Of a stretch of 64,000 nt of DNA, positions 9,541-18,900 are shown one piece after another. This stretch comes from an uncultured Chloroflexia bacterium (GTDB taxonomy: Bacteria; Chloroflexota; Limnocylindria; Limnocylindrales; CSP1-4): the NCBI GenBank assembly GCA_963746855.1, contig CAVVDC010000015.1:55295-119294 (forward strand), in the 5' to 3' direction. Every line of letters starts with the position of its first letter. Within the stretch, counting starts at the first letter, position 1. The position numbers and the translations under genes were made by a program. Below the pieces are notes generated by a model. That model did no database searches and had not been told where the DNA came from. It saw only the letters and a program-made list of their open reading frames with translations.

Positions 9541-9849
9541 ATGGTCCGCCTGGGCGACCTGATCCCCGATGCCGCCCGGGCCTTGGGCCTCGATGAGGAG
9601 CTGCGCCTGTCGAAGGCGATGGCCACGTTCGAGTCGCTCGTGGCCGAGCGCGTGCCGGCCGCCGCCGGCGCGTGCCGGGTCGTGCGCCTGGAAGGTTTCG
9701 CGGTCGACGTGGAAGCCGACGCCCCGATCGTCGCGCAGGAGCTCCGGCTGCGTTCGTCGGAGCTGTTGACGGCCTTCGGGGCGTCGCCGGGCGGGCTCGG
9801 GGTCCGCGAACTGCGCGTGCACGTGCGCCGCGGAGGTCCCCGCGTATAA
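9541..9849 (+). CDS. DUF721/DciA-like protein (position equivalent to mycobacterial Rv0004)
   Basis: About 100-aa basic protein immediately after recF: MVRLGDLIPDAARALGLDEELRLSKAMATFESLV...VEADAPIVAQELRLRSSELL. An alternative in-frame GTG start lies at 9520. The call rests on size, position and DUF721-like sequence pattern. Confidence 0.7.
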   Translation: MVRLGDLIPDAARALGLDEELRLSKAMATFESLVAERVPAAAGACRVVRLEGFAVDVEADAPIVAQELRLRSSELLTAFGASPGGLGVRELRVHVRRGGPRV

Positions 9850-9969
9850 TCCCGGGCACCTGCCAGCCATCTCGGGGCGAACGTCCCCGATCGTACCGGG
9901 ATCGTCCGCTGCTCGAACGCCTCGCACTCCATCGGAGCGCGGGGATCCGCCCGACCACGAGAGGCCCGC

Positions 9970-12243
9970 ATGGCCGTCCGACTCCAGATGAAACTCGGCG
10001 TCGTCGCCGAACATGACCGCCTCCCGGACTCGCCGGACACGCTTGTCGTCGTCGAGCCGAACGTCGGGTCGGTCGCCCGTTCCAAGGGCCTGCTCTACCT
10101 GCTCGTGACGTCGCGGATCAGCTCGCGCCATGCGCTCGAGGCGACGCGCCTCGCCGCCGAGACGATCCGGAACGAGTACTACTACGACGAGTCGGCCGGG
10201 ATCCGGGTCTGCCTCCAGAAGGCGATCGGCACCGCCAACAAGCGCCTCGCCCACCAGGCCGACCGACTGGGCCTGAAGTCGTCCGACGGGAACGGGCCGA
10301 TCGGGGTCGCGGTGGCGGTCGTCCGGGCCAACGAGATGTACGTCGCGACCGTCGGGCCGGCCGAGGCCTACCTGATCCGCCAGGCCCGCCTCTCGACGCT
10401 GCCCGATCCGCATCGCGAGCGAGGCCTGCCGTCGGGCGAGCTCGAGCCCGAGGTGTGGCGGGGCGAGGTCTCGGTCGGCGATTCGCTGGTCCTGGTCTCC
10501 CCGAACGTCATGGCCAAGCTCGGCCCGGACGAGCTCAAGGACGCGATGCTGACGCTTCACCCGCAGTCGGCGATGGAACACCTCCATCATCGGTTCGTCG
10601 CTGACGGCGGGGCCGGCAGCGACGGCGCGATCGCGTTCGAGGCGGGCGAGGTCTCGGCCACCGCGCGAGGGCGCGCACCCGTCCCGGTCAAGCCCGCCGA
10701 GCCGCTGGCGGGCGCTCCGGACCGTTCCCCGATCCCGCTCGCCGACAACGTGCAGGCCGCGGGCGTCGCGGTCAGCGCGGCCGCGGGCAGCGCCCGCATC
10801 GCCGCCGGCGGAGCGCTCGAGAAGGTCGTCGGGCGGGTCCAGGAGCTGTTGCCTCGCCGAAAGCCGGCCTACCGGCGCGTGACCCCGCTCGCGTCGCGCC
10901 GACAGACCCAGCGCCGGGCGGCGCTCGCCGTCCTCGCCCTGCTGGTCGTCGCGGCGGGCCTCGGGTTCGGGGTCTACGTCTTCGGCGGCCAGGGCAAGCA
11001 GGAGGCGATCCGGTCGGCCAACACCGGGCAGGAAGCCCTCGACAAGGCCAAGGAGAACCTCGCGAAGGTGAAGGGCCCGGGCGTCGACCTCGTCGTGGAC
11101 GATGCTGCCCAGGCGAAGGAACTCCTGACCGAGACATACCAGCTGCTCGACAACGCCCAGGGGGCGAACGTCAGCGCCGCGGTCATCGAGCCGTTGCGAA
11201 AGCAGGCCGTCGCCGGGCTGGACCGCCTGTACGGCGTCGTGCCGGTGGCCTCGTCGACGATCTTCACGTTCACGCCGGCCGAGGGAGCCGACCCGGTGGA
11301 TCTCGGGGGCATGGTCAAGGGCCCCGACGGCGCCCCGTACGTGCTGGATCGATCGACCAAGACGGTCTACCGGGTCGACCTCAAGGCCAAGAAGGCCACG
11401 GTCGTCGCGCGCGCCGGACAGAAGGCGGGTGGCACGACCGTGGCGACGCCGCGATTCCTCGCGGTCGGCGCCTCGGATCTGCTGATCCTGGATTCCAAGA
11501 ACAACCTGTGGCGCTGGCGGCCTTCCAACGCGAGCGGCAAGGGCACGCTCGCGAAGATCAAGGTGAACGGCGCCGCCTCATGGGGCGACGACGTGAGCGC
11601 CATCGGGACATACCTGCAGGACCCCGGACGCGGGCTCTACAAGCTCTACACGGTCGATCCGTCCGAACAGCAGATCCGCTCGTACGTGCCGGCCGCGGAC
11701 GGCAGCGGCTACCCGATCGTCTCGACCCCATGGCTGGCCACGGCCCGCCCGATCGACGGGATGAGCGCCCTGTTCATCGACGGCGACCTGTTCGTCGTCG
11801 AGGACGGCGTGCTCGAGCGGTTCGCCTCGGGCAAGGACGACGGCTGGAAGGCGGACCTGCCGGGCGACGATCTGCTCCGGCCGGCCCCGAAATACGCGCT
11901 CGTCGCGGGCGGGCTGGATCGACGCGCCGGGGTCGTCTACGCCTACGACAAGGCGAACGGCCGGATCGTGGCGATCGACAAGGCGAACGGCGACTACAAG
12001 GGCCAGTACCGGCCGGCGGGCAACGCCCCCGACTGGGCCGACGTCCGCGCGATCGCGATCACGCCGGGCGTGGAGGATGCCCCGGCCACGCTCATGTGGA
12101 TCTCCAAGGACGGGCTGCACCAGACCCTGCTCGAGGCGGTCCCGGACGTCGCTGCGGCCACGCCGGCGCCATCGGTCGCGGCGTCGCCGAGTCCCGCGAA
12201 GTCGAGCCCGAAACCGACCACGAAACCGACCAAGAAGCCGTAG
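9970..12243 (+). CDS. Membrane protein: N-terminal PP2C-like domain with degenerate catalytic motifs, one TM helix, large extracytoplasmic beta-propeller-like domain, Pro/Ser/Lys tail
   Basis: The PP2C-like pattern is VAVAVVRANEMYVATVGPAEAYLIRQ...VSVGDSLVLVSPNVMAKLGPDEL. GPAEA stands where PP2C has GDSR, and SPN where it has SDG. TM helix AALAVLALLVVAAGLGFGVYVF. The repetitive beta-strand-rich C-terminal half ends in SPSPAKSSPKPTTKPTKKP. Confidence 0.6.
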   Translation: MAVRLQMKLGVVAEHDRLPDSPDTLVVVEPNVGSVARSKGLLYLLVTSRISSRHALEATRLAAETIRNEYYYDESAGIRVCLQKAIGTANKRLAHQADRLGLKSSDGNGPIGVAVAVVRANEMYVATVGPAEAYLIRQARLSTLPDPHRERGLPSGELEPEVWRGEVSVGDSLVLVSPNVMAKLGPDELKDAMLTLHPQSAMEHLHHRFVADGGAGSDGAIAFEAGEVSATARGRAPVPVKPAEPLAGAPDRSPIPLADNVQAAGVAVSAAAGSARIAAGGALEKVVGRVQELLPRRKPAYRRVTPLASRRQTQRRAALAVLALLVVAAGLGFGVYVFGGQGKQEAIRSANTGQEALDKAKENLAKVKGPGVDLVVDDAAQAKELLTETYQLLDNAQGANVSAAVIEPLRKQAVAGLDRLYGVVPVASSTIFTFTPAEGADPVDLGGMVKGPDGAPYVLDRSTKTVYRVDLKAKKATVVARAGQKAGGTTVATPRFLAVGASDLLILDSKNNLWRWRPSNASGKGTLAKIKVNGAASWGDDVSAIGTYLQDPGRGLYKLYTVDPSEQQIRSYVPAADGSGYPIVSTPWLATARPIDGMSALFIDGDLFVVEDGVLERFASGKDDGWKADLPGDDLLRPAPKYALVAGGLDRRAGVVYAYDKANGRIVAIDKANGDYKGQYRPAGNAPDWADVRAIAITPGVEDAPATLMWISKDGLHQTLLEAVPDVAAATPAPSVAASPSPAKSSPKPTTKPTKKP

Positions 12244-12255
12244 CCCAGGATCCCC

Positions 12256-12978
12256 GTGATCCCACTCCGCGACGCCAACCCGACGCGTCGCACGCCGGTC
12301 GTGACGATCGGCATCGTGATCGCGTGTTTCGTCGTCTTCGCCTATGAGCTCGGACTGCTCGCCAGCGGCGGCGACGCGGCCCTCGAGACCTTCGTCACGC
12401 AGTGGGGGATCGTGCCGGCCGAACTGACGGCCGCCTGGGCCCGCGGCGACGTCGTGTCCGTCGAGACGGCCACGCTCATCACGAGCCAGTTCCTGCACGG
12501 CGGCTGGCTGCACCTGCTCGGCAACCTGCTGTACCTGTGGATCTTCGCCAACAACGTCGAGGACCGCTTCGGCCGACCGGTGTTCCTGGTCTTCTACCTG
12601 GCGGGCGGCGTCGCGGCCGGGCTCGCCCAGGTGGCGGTCGCGCCGTCCTCGACGATCCCGACGATCGGCGCATCCGGGGCGATCGCGGCGACCCTGGGTG
12701 CCTATCTCGTGCTATTCCCGCGGGCGCGCATCACCTCGCTCGTCTTCCTCGGCTTCTTCTACCAGTTGATCGCCGTGCCGGCGGTCCTGGTGCTGGGGTT
12801 CTGGTTCGTGCTCCAGATCATCGACGGCTTCGCGTCGGTCGGCATGGTCGAGACCAGCGGCGGCGTGGCGTTCTTCGCCCACATCGGCGGGTTCGTGGCC
12901 GGCGCGCTCGCGGCGCGGGTGCTGGCGGGCGTCCTGGACCGGTCCGGGCGGCCGCCCGCCCCGGCGACCGTGGGATAA
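12256..12978 (+). CDS. Rhomboid-family intramembrane serine protease
   Basis: FLHGGWLHLLGNLLYLWIFANNVEDRFGR, catalytic GASGAIAATLGAY, and FFAHIGGFVAG (catalytic His). Six or seven TM helices. Confidence 0.9.
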   Translation: MIPLRDANPTRRTPVVTIGIVIACFVVFAYELGLLASGGDAALETFVTQWGIVPAELTAAWARGDVVSVETATLITSQFLHGGWLHLLGNLLYLWIFANNVEDRFGRPVFLVFYLAGGVAAGLAQVAVAPSSTIPTIGASGAIAATLGAYLVLFPRARITSLVFLGFFYQLIAVPAVLVLGFWFVLQIIDGFASVGMVETSGGVAFFAHIGGFVAGALAARVLAGVLDRSGRPPAPATVG

Positions 12979-12985
12979 TCGATCG

Positions 12986-13546
12986 ATGCCGGAGACCGAG
13001 CTCGTGGAGATGGTCGTCGAGAGCGTGCGGGTCCACATGCTGTCCAGTCGGCACGTGGTCATCCTCAAGGAGACCGACCGTGACCGGTACCTGCCGATCT
13101 GGATCGGGCCATGGGAGGCGAGCGCGATCGCGATGAAGCTCCAGGGCCTCGCCCCGGAACGTCCGCTGACGCACGACCTGTTCGCGACGACCCTCGAGCA
13201 GCTCGGCGTGCGCGTCGAGCGGGTCATCATCTCCGAGCTGGCCGACGAGACGTTCCACGCCCGGCTCATCCTCGAGGGCGCGGGCCGGACCGTCGAGGTC
13301 GACGCCCGGCCGTCCGACGCGCTCGCCCTGGCGGTTCGGACGGGCGTCCGGATCTTCGCCGCCGACGCCGTGCTGGAGCAGGCCGGCCTTGGCGCCGACG
13401 GTGGCCTGGAGGACGACGAGGGCGAGGGCGGGATCCCGCTCGAATCGACCGGCGAGTCCATCGTCGACCCGCGGCTGGACGTCTTCCGGGACTTCGTCAA
13501 CTCGCTCGACGTGGACCCCGACGCCGAGGGCCGGCGCACGAGCTAG
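12986..13546 (+). CDS. Bifunctional nuclease (BFN/DUF151) family protein
   Basis: VVILKETDRDRYLPIWIGPWEASAIAMKLQG...RPLTHDL...FHARLILE...VDARPSDALALAVR matches the DUF151 pattern. Confidence 0.85.
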   Translation: MPETELVEMVVESVRVHMLSSRHVVILKETDRDRYLPIWIGPWEASAIAMKLQGLAPERPLTHDLFATTLEQLGVRVERVIISELADETFHARLILEGAGRTVEVDARPSDALALAVRTGVRIFAADAVLEQAGLGADGGLEDDEGEGGIPLESTGESIVDPRLDVFRDFVNSLDVDPDAEGRRTS

Positions 13547-14313
13547 TCGACCTGGGGACCGCCGTCGAGGATCGGTTCGCCGCGGCGCAGGGCCCGGCCC
13601 CGGTTCACCCACAGGGACAGCCGGAGTCGCCAGAAGTCGCGCACCGCGCGGAGGATGACCGTGGGCTTGGCTCCGGTCGCGGAGCCCGCCGTCCGGGGAT
13701 AGTGCGGCACCCCGACCTCGACGACCGAGCGACCGGCCTCGCGCAGCTTGATGAGCAGCTCGGCCGAGAAGAAGGCACCGTCCGACTCCACCCGGATGTC
13801 CTCGAGGGCGGCCCGCCGGAACAGCTTGCAGGCGCCGTCGACATCGGTCACGCGCAGGTCGAAGAACGTGCGATTGGCCAGTCGGAAGGCGCGCGCGTAG
13901 AGGGTCCGGATGAACGCATCCGCGCGCTTGATGCGGAAGCCGACCACGACGTCCGGGGCGTCCGCCTGGGCCGACCGGGCCGTCAGGCGCCCGATGTCGA
14001 CCACCTTGAACTGGCGATCGCCGTCGGTGAACGCGATGAGCTCATAGCGGGCGGCGGCGAAGCCCGATCGCAACGCGGCGCCGTAGCCCAGGTTGACGGG
14101 GTGGTGGACCACCCGCACGAGATCCGGATGACGCGCCGCGAGCTCGTCCGCGAGGCGAGGGGTGCCGTCGCGCGAGCCGTCGTCGACGGCGATGATCTCG
14201 AACTGGTCGGCGAGCGACGGCAAGGTCTCGAGCGCCTCGGCCACGAGACCCTCGATGTTCGCCTCCTCGTTGTGCGCCGGGAAGAAGTACGAGAGCCGGG
14301 CGACCCGGGTCAT
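13543..14313 (-). CDS. GT2-family glycosyltransferase, polyprenyl-phosphate sugar synthase-like (DPM1/GtrB type)
   Basis: YFFPAHNEEANIEGLV...IIAVDDGSRDGT...NLGYGAALRSGF...IAFTDGDRQF. Its start overlaps the stop of the DUF2723 gene by 4 nt. Confidence 0.85.
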   Translation of the reverse strand: MTRVARLSYFFPAHNEEANIEGLVAEALETLPSLADQFEIIAVDDGSRDGTPRLADELAARHPDLVRVVHHPVNLGYGAALRSGFAAARYELIAFTDGDRQFKVVDIGRLTARSAQADAPDVVVGFRIKRADAFIRTLYARAFRLANRTFFDLRVTDVDGACKLFRRAALEDIRVESDGAFFSAELLIKLREAGRSVVEVGVPHYPRTAGSATGAKPTVILRAVRDFWRLRLSLWVNRGRALRRGEPILDGGPQVD

Positions 14314-15971
14314 GTGGCCGCTCGAGGGCCGACCACGCGGACCAGCAAACCTGCCTCCTGTGGGATGAGGGTCTCGAGTTCGTAGCGCTGGGCGAGCTCG
14401 TCGATCTGGCCCGGGTCCTGGCGCATCACGTAGACCGGGCGCCGGCCGAGGTTGGCGTCGATGACGTCGGACAACTCGCCCAGGCCCAGGTCGAGGCGCG
14501 TCCGGTCGTCGACGATGAAGATATCAGGCCGACGGCCCTCGACCTTCTGGGCGTACCAGAGCGGCGTGGAATAGCTCCACCAGGAGATGACCACCGCGTC
14601 CTGGTCCAGCAGCGGCAGGACCCGCTCCAGCCAGGCCGCGGCGGCCGTGTCGCGGCTGGCGTCGACCGAGGCGAACCGGCCCGGCACCGCGAGCAGGGTC
14701 GGTGCCAGGAGCAGGGCCGCCAGGAACGCCGCCGGTAGGGCGGCGCTCCGCGACCGATCGCCCGCGCGGCCGCCGGCGGTCCAGGTGGAACCGCCCAGGC
14801 CCAGCCTGGCCGCCATCGCTTCGGCGACCAGGTCGGCCAGGACCGCGAGCCAGGTCCAGGCGATGAGGATCGGGCCGAGGTAATAGCGGCTGATGTCGGC
14901 GTTGACGTAGGAGGCGGCGAAGAAGCACGTGATGACGAGCGCCGACCCGGTCAGGAGCGCGTAGCGTGGCCGGCGGAACACGGTGGCGAGCAGGCCGAGC
15001 GGGATGAGTGGAGCCAGCAAGCCGAATTGCGCGACGGCGAGGGACACCAGCTGCCCCGCCTTGGTCGTCAGATCGCCGAACGGATCCACGAGGCTGCCCC
15101 GGAACTGTTCGGCGAGCACCACATACCAGAAACCCTCCCACGTCTCAGGTCGTCCGTAGACCAGCGGCGCCCGGAACGGGCCGGCGCGCAGGGGCAGTTC
15201 CAGGTACACGACGACGAGGGTGATCGCCAGCGCGGCGACGCACGTCGCGATGAGCCGGGGACGGCGCCAGATCCCGGGCTCGACAGCCAGCACGTACAGC
15301 CCGACCGGGATCGCCAGCAGGAGCGTCAACGAGTGATTGCCGACCGACAGCGCGAAGACGACCGCCGCCGCGACCAGGAAGCGATCGGCGTGGTCGCGGG
15401 GTCCTGGATCGCGGACACGGTCCTCCCAGGCCACCAGCAACCGCAGCAGCGCCGCCACGAGCGCAAGGTGCAGGGCGTGTGCGTCGGCGTGCGTGCCGAT
15501 GGCCCACGCGATCGGTGTCAGGGCGAGTCCGAGGCCGGCCAGCACGCCCACGACGACCGATCCCGTCAGGGCTCGCACGAGGTCGACGGTGATTCCGGCC
15601 GCGACGGCGAGGCAGAGCGCCGAGAGGAGGTTCATCCGGAACGCCGGGTCGCCGAGCGGCTGGAAGACGACCGAGGCGAGCCAACCCAGCAGGACGTACG
15701 TCGGGAAGCCGGTCGGGTGGGCCGTGCCCAACACCGGGCCGACCGTCTGGAACTCCCCGGTATCCCAGAACGCGACGCCCGGCTGCAGGGCGAGCCGAGC
15801 GGCCACGAACGCGATCACGGCGACGACGATCGCCGCGACCAGGTGCGAGGGGCTCGTCCGGCGACCCTGTGCTACGCTCCGATCCACCTTCCACGCTCGT
15901 GCAGGAGCCGTTCCCGGTGACCCGCCCCGCATCCGGCGGGACCGAGCGAGGCACACGAACGCCGTCGCCAT
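14310..15971 (-). CDS. DUF2723/TMEM260-like GT-C fold membrane glycosyltransferase
   Basis: FWDTGEFQTVGPVLGTAHPTGFPTYVLLGW near the N-terminus, then more than 10 TM helices and a soluble C-terminal domain. The start is uncertain: the track start lies 8 nt from the likely start of the divergent gene. Confidence 0.75.
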   Translation of the reverse strand: MATAFVCLARSRRMRGGSPGTAPARAWKVDRSVAQGRRTSPSHLVAAIVVAVIAFVAARLALQPGVAFWDTGEFQTVGPVLGTAHPTGFPTYVLLGWLASVVFQPLGDPAFRMNLLSALCLAVAAGITVDLVRALTGSVVVGVLAGLGLALTPIAWAIGTHADAHALHLALVAALLRLLVAWEDRVRDPGPRDHADRFLVAAAVVFALSVGNHSLTLLLAIPVGLYVLAVEPGIWRRPRLIATCVAALAITLVVVYLELPLRAGPFRAPLVYGRPETWEGFWYVVLAEQFRGSLVDPFGDLTTKAGQLVSLAVAQFGLLAPLIPLGLLATVFRRPRYALLTGSALVITCFFAASYVNADISRYYLGPILIAWTWLAVLADLVAEAMAARLGLGGSTWTAGGRAGDRSRSAALPAAFLAALLLAPTLLAVPGRFASVDASRDTAAAAWLERVLPLLDQDAVVISWWSYSTPLWYAQKVEGRRPDIFIVDDRTRLDLGLGELSDVIDANLGRRPVYVMRQDPGQIDELAQRYELETLIPQEAGLLVRVVGPRAAT

Positions 15972-15979
15972 CGACCGGG

Positions 15980-18900
15980 ATGCGCGGGGCCGTCGGCGCG
16001 GTCGTGATCGTCCTCGCGCTCGGGCTCGCCCTCCGCCTCATCATCGCATACCTGCTGCCGGGATCCGGCTTCGGCGTCGACCTGAGCGCGTTCCGGTACT
16101 GGGCGACCAACCTCGCCGACCAGGGCCCGTGGGGCTTCTACGAGCGCGACTTCTTCCACGACTACACGCCGGGCTACCTGTACGTGCTCTGGCTCGTCGG
16201 GCTCGTCGGCAAGGTCTTCGGCGGCGTCGGGGACCTGATCAAGATCCCGCCGATCCTGGCCGACCTCGCGATCGCCTGGCTCGTCCACTCGATGGTGCTG
16301 GAGCTCGGTGGGCGACGCCGGCTCGCGCTCGCGGCGGCCTTCGTCGCGGTCCTGAACCCGATCTCCTGGTTCGACAGCGTCGTGTGGGGCCAGGTCGACT
16401 CGTTCGGCGTCGTCTTCCTGCTGCTCGGCTTGCGCGAGCTGTGGCGCGACCGCACGGAGCGCGCGGCGGTCTACACGGTCATCGCCGCCATCATCAAGCC
16501 ACAGCTCGGGATCCTGGTCCCACTGGTCGCGGTCGTCACGATCCGGCGGGCGCTCTGGCCATCCGACGGGGGTGGCGGCGGGACCGACGGCCCGAGGCGG
16601 ATCCTGACGACCGGCCTGACCGGGCTCGTGACGGCGATCGTGCTGTCCATCCCGTTCGGCCTGACGCCCGTCGGCCTCATCCAGCAGATCGCGGTCGCCG
16701 GCGGGGGCTACCCGTACCTGACCGTCAACGCCTACAACCCGTGGGCGCTCATCCCGTCCGACCTCGGCATCACGCTCGCACGGACCGGCCAGTGGGTCTG
16801 CGATGCCGCCCTCGGCGCCGACCAGTGCGGGGCCGGCAGCGCCGTCATCGGGGTCGTGCCGGCCCTCGCCATCGGGATCGGCCTGCTCGTCGGGGCGTTC
16901 CTGGCCGTCCTCTGGGTCGTCGGACGGGAGCCGGATCGGCTCACGTTGCTCGTCGGTCTTGCGGTGCTCGCGCTGGCGTTCTTCGTGCTGCCGACCCGCG
17001 TGCACGAACGCTACGGCTACCCGTTCTTCGCCCTCGGGCTCATCCTGGCCGCCATCTCGCCGCGCTGGCGGGTGGCCTACGTCGTCCTGAGCGTCGCGAC
17101 GTTCCTGAACATGTACGTGGTACTGACCACGCTGTACCCGGACAACCCCTCGATCAGCGACTGGTTCGGGATCGGGCCCGCGATCCGGTCCGAGGCTGGC
17201 GTGGCGCTGATCGTGCTGCTCCACACGGTCGCCTTCGCCTGGTGCGCCCTCCAACTGCGGGTCAAGGCCCGCGACCGCCTGGAGGACGAGCTCGAACGCG
17301 CGTCCGTCGAGCCCGGGGCGTGGGAACCCGAGACGGAGCGCGCACCGGCCGACGGCTCGCTCACCGACCCCGAGCCGCGCACCGGCGTCGGGTCGCCACG
17401 ACCGGCCTGGTCGGCGCCGGCGCCGCCGGACGCGTCGGCGGCCGCACCGGCCGCGATCGCCGTCGCGGCGGCCGCGGAGGCCACGATGCCGACCTGGTCG
17501 AGGCCACTCGGCCTGGCCGAGAGCGGCGGGGTCGGCTGGTTCCGCGACCGCCTGGCCGAACGGCCGATCCGCGCCGATCGCAGCGCCTCTCTGCGCCACG
17601 AGACCGGCGGCCGACTGGACCGCCTGGACCTGTGGATCCTCGCCGTGCTGGTAGTGGCCTGCCTCACGCTTCGGACGTTCCGACTGCCCGAGCCGTACCA
17701 GATGCACTTCGACGAGGTCTACCACGCCCGGACCGCCACCGAGTTCCTCCAGTTCTGGCGCTACGGGATCTCGCACGACATCTACGAGTGGACGCACCCG
17801 CATCTCGCCAAGTACGCGATGGCGCTCGGCATCATGGCCTGGGGCGAGGACGACGTCAGCGCGATGAGCGACCTGGGCGTGCCGGTGCGGGCGGCGGTGG
17901 CCGAGCCGCGCCGCGACGATGCGACGGCTCCGGGCGGCCGCGCCGGCGAGCGCCTGCACGTGGCGACGGGCTCGGAGATCCGGACCTATGACCTGCATTC
18001 CCGGTCTTTGATCGCGACGCTCGCGGCGCCCGGGGTCAGCGCGCTCGCCATCGATCCGAGTGGCGAGCAGCTCGTGGTCGGCTTCGACGACGGACGCCTG
18101 GCCACGCTCGACCTGAACGCCATCGGACCTGACGCGGCTGCCAGCGGCGTCACCCCCCAACCACTCGGCAACGTGGCCGGCGCCGTGGACCTGCTGCACG
18201 TCACGAAGGACGGGGCCACGGTCATGGTCGGGTCGGGCGACCACCTCGACGCGCTCGACCTCTCGACCGGCGCGGTCGTCGGGGGCGTGGACCTGCCCGG
18301 CCTCGTGGACCTCGCCGACGGCGGCAACGGCGCCGCATTGATCGCGACCATCGAACAGGTCGACGATCCCGCGGCGGAGGCCGCCGTCCTCGCCGAGCTT
18401 CTCGCCGGTGACGCCGCCGATTACGAGGCGGACCTGTCGGGGGCCGGCCCCACGGTCATCCTCGGCAGCCCGGGCACCAGCGACACGCGGAAGAAGGTCG
18501 AGACCGCGATCGCCGACGGGCGCCTGCCGGGCGTCGAGATCCAGGACGTTGCCAGGGTCGCCGCCGCGACGGGCGACGGGGTCACGTTCGTCGATCCGGC
18601 GGGTGCCCGGGTCGTCTCGACGATCGGGCTCGACGGCGGCGCCCACGGCCTGGCCGAGGTCACCGGCCTGGAGGACCCGAAGCTGTTCGTGACGTCGGGA
18701 CCGTCGGGCACGCCGGTTTACCACGTCGTCGTCATCGGCGGCGACAAGGCCGCGAACGGGCCGGTCGACCAGGGTGCCCACCCGCTGCCTGGGCCCGGCA
18801 CGAAGGTCGTGTACGACGAGGCCAGCCAGATGGTCCACATCCTGGGCCTCGCTCCGAAAGCGCCGCGCCAGGACGTCGACACGACGACGGCGGGTCCGTG

